Assembly (NCBI GenBank): GCA_964514555.1
Contig: CAZERM010000003.1
Span: forward strand, 5,045 to 69,044
Direction: 5' to 3'
Length of the DNA stretch: 64,000 nucleotides
Origin: an uncultured Lachnospiraceae bacterium
Lineage (GTDB): Bacteria > Bacillota > Clostridia > Oscillospirales > CAG-272
Shown here: piece by piece, positions 48,581 to 56,411 of the stretch
How the letters are laid out: every line of letters begins with the position of its first letter
Numbering within the stretch: position 1 is the first letter of the stretch
Notes under the pieces: generated by a model
What the model was told of the DNA's origin: nothing
Seen by the model: only the letters and a program-made list of their open reading frames with translations
Database searches by the model: none
Made by a program: the position numbers and the translations under genes

Positions 48581-49740
48581 ATATTAAAGAAATTGACAAT
48601 AAATATATAGTTCACACATATAACCGTTTCCCCGTAGAGATAGTTTCCGGTAAAGGCGCTATCGTAAAAGACGACCAGGGCAAAGAATATATCGATATGG
48701 GCGCAGGTGTTGCCGTAAATACATTCGGTACAGCAGATGACGAATGGATCGACGCAGTTAAAGCTCAGCTCGATAAAGTACAGCACACATCTAACCTTTT
48801 CTACGCTGAACCTTGCGCTAAACTTGCACAGATGCTCTGTGAAAAGACAGGCATGAAGAAAGTATTCTTCTCTAACGCAGGTGCGGAAGCAAACGAATGT
48901 GCTATCAAAGCGGCTCGTGAATACGGCGTTACAACAAAGGGCGAAGAATATTACAATATCATCACTCTCGTAAACAGCTTCCACGGTAGAAGCCTTGCTA
49001 CGCTTTCCGCGACAGGTCAGGAAGCTTACCACAAGAACTTCGGACCTATGACACCCGGCTTTATCCACACGCCCGCAAACGATTGCGAAGCGCTCGAAAA
49101 AGCAGTAAACGAAAACAAAGTTTGCGCTATCATGTTCGAACTTGTTCAGGGTGAAGGCGGCGTTCAGGCGCTCACACCCGAATTTGTTGCAAAGATCGCG
49201 GAACTTGCCGAAAAGAACGACCTTCTTATGATCGACGATGAAGTTCAGTGCGGTAACGGCAGAACAGGTAAACTCTATGCTTATATGCACTTCGGCATCA
49301 AACCCGACATTATATCCACAGCCAAGGGTCTCGGCGCAGGCTTGCCCATCGGCGCTACGATGTTCGGCGAAAAAGTTGCCGATATCTATCAGCCCGGTAT
49401 GCACGGTTCCACGTTCGGCGGCAACCCTGTTTGCGCGGCAGGTGCTATCAATGTTATCTCTCGTCTTACGGACGAACTTCTTGCCGATGTTACGAAAAAA
49501 GCCGATTATATCGCAAAAGAACTTACAGGCGCAAAGGGTATCAAATCCGTTACAGGTATGGGTCTTATGATCGGTCTTGAAACAGAAAAACCTGCACCCG
49601 AGATAGTTGCGGGCGTAAGAGAAAAAGGCGTTCTCGTTCTTACGGCAAAGACAAAGATCCGTTTGATCCCGCCGCTCACGATAACATTCGACCAGGTTAA
49701 AAAAGCAGTTGAAATCATTAAGGAGGTATGTGCAGAATGA
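48577..49740 (+). CDS. argD: acetylornithine aminotransferase
   Basis: Class-III aminotransferase (SFHGRS...DEVQCGNGRTG...AKGLG). ATGA overlap with the argB stop. Confidence 0.92.
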   Translation: MNIKEIDNKYIVHTYNRFPVEIVSGKGAIVKDDQGKEYIDMGAGVAVNTFGTADDEWIDAVKAQLDKVQHTSNLFYAEPCAKLAQMLCEKTGMKKVFFSNAGAEANECAIKAAREYGVTTKGEEYYNIITLVNSFHGRSLATLSATGQEAYHKNFGPMTPGFIHTPANDCEALEKAVNENKVCAIMFELVQGEGGVQALTPEFVAKIAELAEKNDLLMIDDEVQCGNGRTGKLYAYMHFGIKPDIISTAKGLGAGLPIGATMFGEKVADIYQPGMHGSTFGGNPVCAAGAINVISRLTDELLADVTKKADYIAKELTGAKGIKSVTGMGLMIGLETEKPAPEIVAGVREKGVLVLTAKTKIRLIPPLTITFDQVKKAVEIIKEVCAE

Positions 49741-50648
49741 AACATTTGCTCAAACTTATGGATCTCGAAACAAAAGAGATCATAGAAATACTCAATCTTG
49801 CCGATCAGCTTAAATATGAAAAGAAGAACGGCATCGAACATCACCACCTCAAAGGCAAAACTTTGGGTATGATATTCCAGAAATCATCCACACGTACACG
49901 TGTTTCTTTCGAAGTAGGTATGTATGACCTCGGCGGCAGTGCACTCTTCCTTTCTCCTCGCGACCTTCAGATCGGCCGTGGCGAGCCTCTTGAAGATACA
50001 GCACGCGTTCTTTCCCGTTACCTTGACGGTATCATGATAAGAACATTCGAGCAGGATGAGGTTGAAAACCTCGCTAAATACGGCTCTATCCCCGTTATCA
50101 ACGGTCTTACAGACTTTTGCCATCCCTGCCAGGTACTCGCAGACCTTATGACTATCCGCGAGCACAAAGGCTCTATCAAGGGCAAGAAGCTTTGCTTCAT
50201 CGGCGACGGCAACAATATGGCTAACTCCCTTATCGTCGGCGGTATCAAGATGGGTATGTCCGTTGCTATCGGTTGCCCCAAGACACATCAGCCCGATGCT
50301 GATATCATGAAATGGGCAAACGAAAACGGCGAATTCCTCTGCACAGACGATATCTTTGCGGCAGCTAAAGATGCAGACGTTATCTACACAGACGTTTGGG
50401 CATCCATGGGCGAAGAAGCCGAAGCAGAAGAAAGAAAGAAGATCTTCGCAGGCTACCAGGTAAACGCAGAACTTATGAGCGTTGCTAAACCCGATGCTAT
50501 GGTTCTCCACTGCCTCCCCGCACACCGCGGCGAAGAAATCACAGCGGACGTTCTCGAAGCACACGCAGACGAGATCTTCGACGAAGCAGAAAATAGACTC
50601 CACGCACAGAAAGCCGTTATGGTCATGTGCATGAAGGGCAAAAACTGA
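49737..50648 (+). CDS. argF: ornithine carbamoyltransferase
   Basis: STRTRVSFE and HCLPAHRG motifs. ATGA overlap with the argD stop. Start trimmed from the track's 49728. Confidence 0.93.
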   Translation: MKHLLKLMDLETKEIIEILNLADQLKYEKKNGIEHHHLKGKTLGMIFQKSSTRTRVSFEVGMYDLGGSALFLSPRDLQIGRGEPLEDTARVLSRYLDGIMIRTFEQDEVENLAKYGSIPVINGLTDFCHPCQVLADLMTIREHKGSIKGKKLCFIGDGNNMANSLIVGGIKMGMSVAIGCPKTHQPDADIMKWANENGEFLCTDDIFAAAKDADVIYTDVWASMGEEAEAEERKKIFAGYQVNAELMSVAKPDAMVLHCLPAHRGEEITADVLEAHADEIFDEAENRLHAQKAVMVMCMKGKN

Positions 50649-50656
50649 TATTTTTT

Positions 50657-50689
50657 AAAGGCTACCGAGGCTTTTTCGGTAGCCTTTTT
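50657..50689 (+). terminator. intrinsic terminator of the arg operon
   Basis: AAAGGCTACCGA-loop-TCGGTAGCCTTT followed by TT. Confidence 0.85.
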
Positions 50690-50718
50690 CGTTTTAACAT
50701 ATCAAAAAACAAAGGGGG

Positions 50719-50747
50719 TTGAAAATTTTTGGAAATGGTGATACAAT
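50719..50747 (+). promoter_or_regulatory. promoter of trkAH
   Basis: TTGAAA, 17 nt, TGaTACAAT (extended -10). Confidence 0.5.
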
Positions 50748-50811
50748 AAAGCAACAGACAGTAATATATTTTGTTCTTTGCAAAAAAGCAAAGAGAAAAG
50801 GATTTGTTTTT

Positions 50812-52173
50812 ATGAAAATAGTTATTTCAGGTTGCGGCAAGATAGGCAAGACCATCGTAGAAAGCCTTGTCGCAGAGGGACATGATATTTTGATAATCGA
50901 AAAGAACCCTGATGTTATCGAGGAGATAACGACGGTGTGCGATGTTATGGGTATCTGCGGCAACTGTGCCGACACGGATATCTTAAAAGAAGCCAATATA
51001 TCGAACGCAGATATATATATCGCCGTTTCCGGTTCTGACGAGCTTAATGTTTTGAGCTGTTTTATCGCAAAAAAGATGGGTGCAAAGAATACCGTTGCGC
51101 GTATACGCACCCCCGAATATAATGACACGAGCCTTGAGGTAATGAAAAGAGACCTTGAACTTTCCATGCCGATAAATCCCGAGCGACTCGCCGCGCAGGA
51201 GATATTTAATATATTGAAATACCCCTATGCGGCAAAGATAGAGACATTCTCCCACAGAAATATGGAGATGATAGAGCTTTATCTTAAAGAAGATTCCGTT
51301 TTGGACGGCGTTTCTCTTTCCGAAATGAGAAGCAAATTCAAAGCACAGGTGCTTGTCGGCTGTGTTCAGCGCGGCGATGATGTCTATATCCCAAACGGTA
51401 ACTTTGTTTTGCATGGCGGCGACAGAATAGGTATAACGGCTTCCCATGCGGAGCTTCAAAGATTTTTCAGGGAAACGGGCATATTCTTGAAGCAGGCGAA
51501 GGATATAATGATACTCGGCGGCGGCAGGATATCATATTATCTTACAGAGATGCTCACGAGCATAGGAACCTCCGTAAAGGTGATAGATGTTGACGAAAAG
51601 ATATGCGAGGATATGAGCGATTCGTTCCCGAGGGCTGTTATAATCAACGGAGACGGTACACAGCAGGAGCTTTTGCTCGAGGAGGGTATTACCTCCACCG
51701 ATGCTTTCGTGTCGCTCACGGGGCTTGATGAAACCAATATACTCATCTCGTTGTTTGCGACGATGAACGATGTACCCAAGGTAATAGCGAAAGTCAATCG
51801 CGGCGAGCTTGTGCCGCTTGCACAGAAGCTCGGACTTGAATGTATAGTTTCGCCCAGAAAGATAGTTGCGGATGTTATCATAAGATACGCTCGTGCGCTA
51901 CAAAACTCGCGCGGAAGCAACATAGAAACGCTTTACAAGCTCATGGACGGCAAAGCGGAAGCGCTCGAATTTAACGTGCGTGAAGATTCCAAAGTGGCAA
52001 ATGTGCCGCTTAAAAAGCTTAAACTTCGCGAAAATATCCTTATGCTCGGCATCGTGAGGGGCAGAAAGATGATCACACCTACGGGTGATACTGAAATATT
52101 GGCAGGCGACAAGGTGGTCGTTATCACAAAAAATCAGGGATTGAGCGATCTTGCGGACATTCTTGAAAGATAA
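50812..52173 (+). CDS. trkA: Trk potassium uptake system, NAD-binding RCK subunit
   Basis: Start trimmed to MKIVISGCGKIGKT. A second Rossmann fold, ILGGGRISYY, gives the tandem RCK architecture. Confidence 0.9.
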   Translation: MKIVISGCGKIGKTIVESLVAEGHDILIIEKNPDVIEEITTVCDVMGICGNCADTDILKEANISNADIYIAVSGSDELNVLSCFIAKKMGAKNTVARIRTPEYNDTSLEVMKRDLELSMPINPERLAAQEIFNILKYPYAAKIETFSHRNMEMIELYLKEDSVLDGVSLSEMRSKFKAQVLVGCVQRGDDVYIPNGNFVLHGGDRIGITASHAELQRFFRETGIFLKQAKDIMILGGGRISYYLTEMLTSIGTSVKVIDVDEKICEDMSDSFPRAVIINGDGTQQELLLEEGITSTDAFVSLTGLDETNILISLFATMNDVPKVIAKVNRGELVPLAQKLGLECIVSPRKIVADVIIRYARALQNSRGSNIETLYKLMDGKAEALEFNVREDSKVANVPLKKLKLRENILMLGIVRGRKMITPTGDTEILAGDKVVVITKNQGLSDLADILER

Positions 52174-52187
52174 AGGTTGGATATATT

Positions 52188-53633
52188 ATGAATTACAGAG
52201 CCATATCTTACACGGTAGGCAGAATATTACAGCTTGAAGCCGCGCTTTTTGTCGTTCCCATGATAGTGAGCATCATCTATCAAGAAAGCTCGAGCGTTAT
52301 AGCGTTTTTGATATCTTCCGCAATAGCATTGGCGGCAGGATTGCTTTTGACCTATATTTTGGGCAAAAACGATAAACTCATCTTTGCAAAAGAGGGTTTT
52401 GCCATCGTTGCGATAGCATGGATATGCTTGTCCGTAGTCGGCGCACTGCCGTTTTTGATAAGCGGACAGATAGAATCATTTGCGGATGCATTTTTTGAAA
52501 CGGTAAGCGGCTTTACAACGACAGGCGCATCTATATTGGATAACGTCGGCGCACTCAGCAAAGGTATGCTGTTTTGGCGAAGCTTTACGCATTGGTTGGG
52601 CGGCATGGGTGTGCTCGTGTTCATCATGGCGATATTTCCGCAGGACACGGGCAGAAACATCCACATCATGAGAGCGGAAATGCCCGGACCCATCGTCGGC
52701 AAGCTCGTTCCCAGGATAAAAGACACGGCAAAGATACTTTACCTCATATATATCGTTATGACGGCGATAGAGGTAATGTTCCTGCTTGCAGGCGGCATGA
52801 CGCTTTACGAAAGCTTGCTCTATTCGTTTGGTACAGCCGGCACGGGTGGTTTCGGCATCAAAGTAGACAGCTTGAGCAGTTACAGTTCGTATTTGCAATG
52901 GGTAATAACGATATTTATGCTCTTGTTCGGAATAAACTTTAACTTATATTATCTTATCCTCATAAGACAGTTCAAGCCCGTTGCAAAAAGCACGGAACTT
53001 TGGATTTATCTTGCGATAGTTGTTTTTGCGGGAACAGTGATAACGATAAACATTTTGCCGCTCTACAGCGGACTCGGAGAAGCTGTTAAGCACGCATTCT
53101 TCCAAGTGGCATCGATAATCACCACAACGGGCTATTCCACGGCGGACTTTAACCTTTGGCCGAGCGCATCAAAAGCAGTATTGCTTATTTTGATGTTCAT
53201 CGGCGGTTGTGCAGGCTCCACATCGGGCGGCATAAAGGTTTCACGCTATATAATAGCTGTTAAAGCTATCTTCAGGGACATAAAGCATATGATCCATCCA
53301 TCCGCTATCTCCAGCGTGAAATTTGAGGGAAAGAAGATAGACGATAAAACGCGCCACGGTGTCAGCACCTATTTTGCGGTGTATTTTATGATCTTCTGGA
53401 TAATATTCTTCTTTATCTCGTTCGAACCGTTCAATTTTGAAACAAACTTTTCCGCGGTTGCAACGTGTCTAAATAATATAGGCCCCGGCTTCGGCATGGT
53501 AGGCCCTGCGGCAAGTTTTGCCGGATATTCGATCCCTGCAAAGATATTGCTCTCGTTTGCAATGCTCCTTGGCAGGTTGGAGATATTCCCGATATTGATG
53601 ATGCTTGTGCCTTCTTTTTGGAAAAGAAAATAA
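52188..53633 (+). CDS. trkH: Trk/Ktr potassium transporter membrane subunit
   Basis: 481 aa polytopic protein with repeated selectivity-filter-like GFTTTG / TTTGYS / GTGGFG segments. Confidence 0.9.
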   Translation: MNYRAISYTVGRILQLEAALFVVPMIVSIIYQESSSVIAFLISSAIALAAGLLLTYILGKNDKLIFAKEGFAIVAIAWICLSVVGALPFLISGQIESFADAFFETVSGFTTTGASILDNVGALSKGMLFWRSFTHWLGGMGVLVFIMAIFPQDTGRNIHIMRAEMPGPIVGKLVPRIKDTAKILYLIYIVMTAIEVMFLLAGGMTLYESLLYSFGTAGTGGFGIKVDSLSSYSSYLQWVITIFMLLFGINFNLYYLILIRQFKPVAKSTELWIYLAIVVFAGTVITINILPLYSGLGEAVKHAFFQVASIITTTGYSTADFNLWPSASKAVLLILMFIGGCAGSTSGGIKVSRYIIAVKAIFRDIKHMIHPSAISSVKFEGKKIDDKTRHGVSTYFAVYFMIFWIIFFFISFEPFNFETNFSAVATCLNNIGPGFGMVGPAASFAGYSIPAKILLSFAMLLGRLEIFPILMMLVPSFWKRK

Positions 53634-53640
53634 AATTAAA

Positions 53641-53670
53641 AGGTCATTTCGTAAAGAAACGACCTTTTTT
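53641..53670 (+). terminator. intrinsic terminator of trkAH (part of repeat copy B)
   Basis: AGGTCATTTC-GTAAA-GAAACGACCT (one mismatch) followed by TTTTTT. Paralogous to the ilvE terminator at 56376-56406. Confidence 0.8.
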
Positions 53671-53897
53671 CATTATCCGTCAGCCTTCGGCTGACACCTT
53701 CTCTCGCCAGAGAAGGTTTTGCGGCAGGAGTAAGGCTCTGCCCTACACGCTCATTTATATTACCATATGTAGGAGCGACCTATGGTCGCCCGTTTCCCGT
53801 TGCAACAATTTTGTCATTGATAAAATTTGAGCCATGCGCCAAAGGTTTTCAGATAAAGAAAAGCTTATATATCTTTAAACAAGAAAAAGTTGAGAGA
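53641..53897 (+). repeat. intergenic repeat family, copy B (terminator-proximal module; core deleted)
   Basis: About 80-85 percent identical by eye to the reverse complement of 56211-56406. Contains GTCAGCC-TTCG-GCTGAC, GCGACC-TAT-GGTCGC and TTGCAACAATTTTGTCATTGATAAAATTTGAGC. Confidence 0.9.
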
Positions 53898-53936
53898 GTT
53901 TTGAACACTTTTTCGCGAAAAAGTGTATATTCCCTC

Positions 53937-53965
53937 TTGACAAAATCAATTCCATATGGTACACT
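53937..53965 (+). promoter_or_regulatory. orphan promoter-like element
   Basis: TTGACA, 17 nt, TGgTACACT (extended -10). No + strand CDS follows before the terminator at 54077. Confidence 0.4.
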
Positions 53966-54076
53966 AATACGGTAGCAAGCGTAAATGCACTGTTTTTGAA
54001 ATATAAAACCTATACATTTCTCCGCTTTTTGAATAAAGCTTGACTGCAACAGCGGTCTTGCGAAAAGGAAAATTAT

Positions 54077-54103
54077 ACGGAAGCCAAAAGGCTTCCGTTT
54101 TTT
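54077..54103. terminator. bidirectional terminator (strong on the + strand)
   Basis: ACGGAAGCC-AAAA-GGCTTCCGT followed by TTTTTT on the + strand. Also lies 4 nt downstream of the minus-strand gene ending at 54107. Confidence 0.8.
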
Positions 54104-54106
54104 GTT

Positions 54107-54565
54107 TTATTCGGCTTTTCCTTCGGAGATGAGCAATTCATCTATTATATCAGCAGCATCGCCGATGAATTTAGCACAGGGGCGTATCTTGTAATATTGC
54201 TCTGTTCTTTCCGTTGGGATAGGTGCGCTGTCGGGTTTGAGCGTTGCAAGAAGCTCACGGCAGATGATAGTGCCGTGTTTTTCGCGGAATTTTGCGGCAA
54301 GATCTTGTATGCGCTGATAATGTTCCTTTTTCGGTTCGTTTGTCGATATATCGGTGTATCCGCAAACTATGCCGGCTATCATAAACATAGCGGAGCAGGA
54401 ACCGCATACTTCTCTCATGCGTCCCATGCCGCCGCCAAACGACGAAGCCAAACGCAAAGCATCCTCTTCTTTATATCCCGTAACATCGCAAAAAGCGGCA
54501 AAGACCGATTGCGCGCAGTTATATCCTCTGTAAAAATAATCTAAAGCTTTCTCTCTGTGAGTCAT
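54107..54565 (-). CDS. C_GCAxxG_C_C family putative redox-active protein
   Basis: 152 aa. YNCAQSV...GGGMG...CGSCSA pattern of the family. Confidence 0.8.
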   Translation of the reverse strand: MTHREKALDYFYRGYNCAQSVFAAFCDVTGYKEEDALRLASSFGGGMGRMREVCGSCSAMFMIAGIVCGYTDISTNEPKKEHYQRIQDLAAKFREKHGTIICRELLATLKPDSAPIPTERTEQYYKIRPCAKFIGDAADIIDELLISEGKAE

Positions 54566-54577
54566 ATGTAGATCTCC

Positions 54578-55057
54578 TTATTGTTTTATTATCTGCCATG
54601 ATGATATGAGTTTTTCCATGCTCCATGCGGCATTTGCCGGGCTTGTTGACGGCAATTTTTCGGCGGAAACTCCTGATTTCGGTTCGATATATTTCTCATA
54701 GAGCTTGTGCGCCATGGTGCCGTTTGCAAAAATTCTCGTTATATGAGAATTTTCAAGCAGATATGATATATCGTTCGGCACGGCGTTTTTGATGCTGCTG
54801 TCGGAGGAGCCTTCTATCTCGCAAGAAGCGATGACGTCCCAAAGCGCGATGTGATTTTTCAGCAAGAAGGCTATCTTTTCCTCTGTTGTGGTTGGTGTAT
54901 CATCGCCGAAAACGGCGGAAGTTACGCGCCAAAAGCGATTTTGAGGATGACCGTAAAAAAATCCCGTTTCGCGAGATCTCACGGACGGAAAAGTTCCCAA
55001 TATCAATATTTTGCAATCTTTATCAAAAACAGGCGGAAAAGGATGTTCCTCAGACAT
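54578..55057 (-). CDS. uracil-DNA glycosylase superfamily protein, probably a deoxyinosine/hypoxanthine DNA glycosylase
   Basis: 159 aa. KILILGTFPSVRS...FYGHPQNRFW motif pattern. 12 nt upstream of the C_GCAxxG gene. Confidence 0.6.
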   Translation of the reverse strand: MSEEHPFPPVFDKDCKILILGTFPSVRSRETGFFYGHPQNRFWRVTSAVFGDDTPTTTEEKIAFLLKNHIALWDVIASCEIEGSSDSSIKNAVPNDISYLLENSHITRIFANGTMAHKLYEKYIEPKSGVSAEKLPSTSPANAAWSMEKLISSWQIIKQ

Positions 55058-55263
55058 AAAAGCGTAACCTCCTCGCTCGAAAATATAAATATATTTATAA
55101 TATTCAAAATATAAAAAAGTTTCCTATTGAAAAAAACATTTAAATATGTTAGAATAACATACAATGGAATAAAATGCTCTCAAAAAACAATTTTGAAAAG
55201 CGGTGATATGCGGTTGCGGATATTCCGTGCGGTGGCAACAGCCACGGTCTTGTTTTGCAAGAC

Positions 55264-55406
55264 TTCTGCGTATATTATACCATGAAGCAAAAATGCTTGC
55301 TCGCAATGGCATTTTTGCGAAGCCGTCAATAACGCAGCCGTGCAAAGCACGGATAGGGCGTTAGCCCAAGGATTGTATCGCAAGCCTTTCTGCGTATATT
55401 ATACCA
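55264..55406 (+). repeat. 19-nt perfect direct repeat pair flanking a hairpin-rich segment
   Basis: TTCTGCGTATATTATACCA at 55264-55282 and 55388-55406. Between them lie GCAAAAATGC-12 nt-GCATTTTTGC (55287-55318) and CCGTGC-AAA-GCACGG (55338-55352). Confidence 0.9.
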
Positions 55407-55444
55407 CAACTCAGTATAAATTTGTTTATACTCGGAGGAATTTC

Positions 55445-55933
55445 ATGAAAAAAATTATTTCTATTGCGGTTTTATCCACAGCATTGTTGGGATTTTGCGG
55501 TTGCGGCAGTTCCGACCAGCCTATGGATATAACGACTACTTCGCCTATAACACTCCAAAGTACAACGAGCGCTTACCTCGACGAAGTAATGTTCTCTTTT
55601 AAATTTGATATAGACAGTGAATATACTCATACTATCGTTACGGTAAACAATGGCTATCTTTTAGAACATAAAAGCAGCGAACGCCTTGACAATCTTGATA
55701 TAAATCAAGGCAGCGGCTTTTTTTGGTTGCCCGAAGAAGGACAGTCCGAAACAACAGTGATCGTTGTGCAGATATGCAACGGCGACAAGACTGTACATTG
55801 CGGCACTATATCGTTGGTAGAGAAAAAATCTCTCTTGGATAACGGAGAAACAACTTTCGTTGCCGTCCTCGACAGCGACGACGGTATGCAGATCCGCCAA
55901 GGCAAAGATCAGAGTATCGTTATTTGCGAATAA
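55445..55933 (+). CDS. small putative lipoprotein, unknown function
   Basis: Start trimmed to MKKIISIAVLSTALLGFCGCGSS, with a GGAGGA RBS at 55433-55438. I recognise no family. Confidence 0.6.
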   Translation: MKKIISIAVLSTALLGFCGCGSSDQPMDITTTSPITLQSTTSAYLDEVMFSFKFDIDSEYTHTIVTVNNGYLLEHKSSERLDNLDINQGSGFFWLPEEGQSETTVIVVQICNGDKTVHCGTISLVEKKSLLDNGETTFVAVLDSDDGMQIRQGKDQSIVICE

Positions 55934-55937
55934 AAGA

Positions 55938-55966
55938 AAAAGATATCGGAAACGATATCTTTTTTC
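55938..55966 (+). terminator. intrinsic terminator after the lipoprotein gene
   Basis: AAAAGATATCG-GAAA-CGATATCTTTT followed by TT. Confidence 0.8.
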
Positions 55967-55983
55967 TTGTTTATAGGGTATTT

Positions 55984-56406
55984 CCGCTTTTTTTATCTGA
56001 AAAAGCTAGCAAAAACCTTACTCAACTTTTTCTTGTTTAAAGAAAAAGTTGCAAAAAGATAAAAAAGCCCTTCGCTTTACCTGCTTATGTGAATCGCATC
56101 AAAAAAGTTGACCGCATCAAATGCGGCTCCCCGAGAGGCGCCACTCTCGGAACCATGCCGCAAGGCACGTATCGAAAGGATGGATCTTTAACCGAGAGTC
56201 TTCGTGTCATAGCTCAAATTTTATCAATGACAAAATTGTTGCGATGGGAAACGGGCGACCGCAGGTCGCCCCTACGGATGATAATGCAAATGAATGTGTA
56301 GGACAAGGGCTTGCTCCTGCCGAAAAAGCCTTCTCTTAAGGGAGAAAGGTGTCAGCCGAAGGCTGACGGATAATCAAAAAGGTCGTTTCGTAAAGAAACG
56401 ACCTTT
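55984..56406 (-). repeat. intergenic repeat family, copy C (most complete: end block, core, terminator-proximal module)
   Basis: 55984-56260 aligns with copy A, and 56211-56406 aligns with the reverse complement of copy B. Multiple perfect hairpins: 56023-56051, CCGAGAG/CTCTCGG, GGGCGACC/GGTCGCCC, GTCAGCC/GGCTGAC. Confidence 0.9.
56376..56406 (-). terminator. intrinsic terminator of the ilv-leu operon (part of repeat copy C)
   Basis: Minus strand reads AAAGGTCGTTTC-TTTAC-GAAACGACCTTT followed by TT, 5 nt after the ilvE stop. Confidence 0.8.
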
Positions 56407-56411
56407 AAAAA

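Noticed and set aside
50748-50811. c-di-AMP (ydaO/kimA-type) riboswitch upstream of trkA.
   Set aside because: The leader is only about 60 nt with a single small hairpin (CTTTGC-AAAAAA-GCAAAG), which is far too short for that riboswitch class.
56089-56339. Short ORFs inside the repeat elements: 56089-56301 and 56121-56339, plus 53618-53830 and 17938-18252.
   Set aside because: The reading frame that is open in copy C is interrupted by a TAG in the paralogous copy B. There are no RBSs. Conservation follows the hairpin arms rather than codon positions, so these are non-coding.
53641-56406. Composite transposon, IS element or MITE interpretation of the inverted repeats.
   Set aside because: There is no transposase, integrase or recombinase ORF on either strand. 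I could not identify target-site duplications, and the repeat ends coincide with functional terminators. It is kept as a finding about repeat-bracketed architecture, not called as a mobile element.
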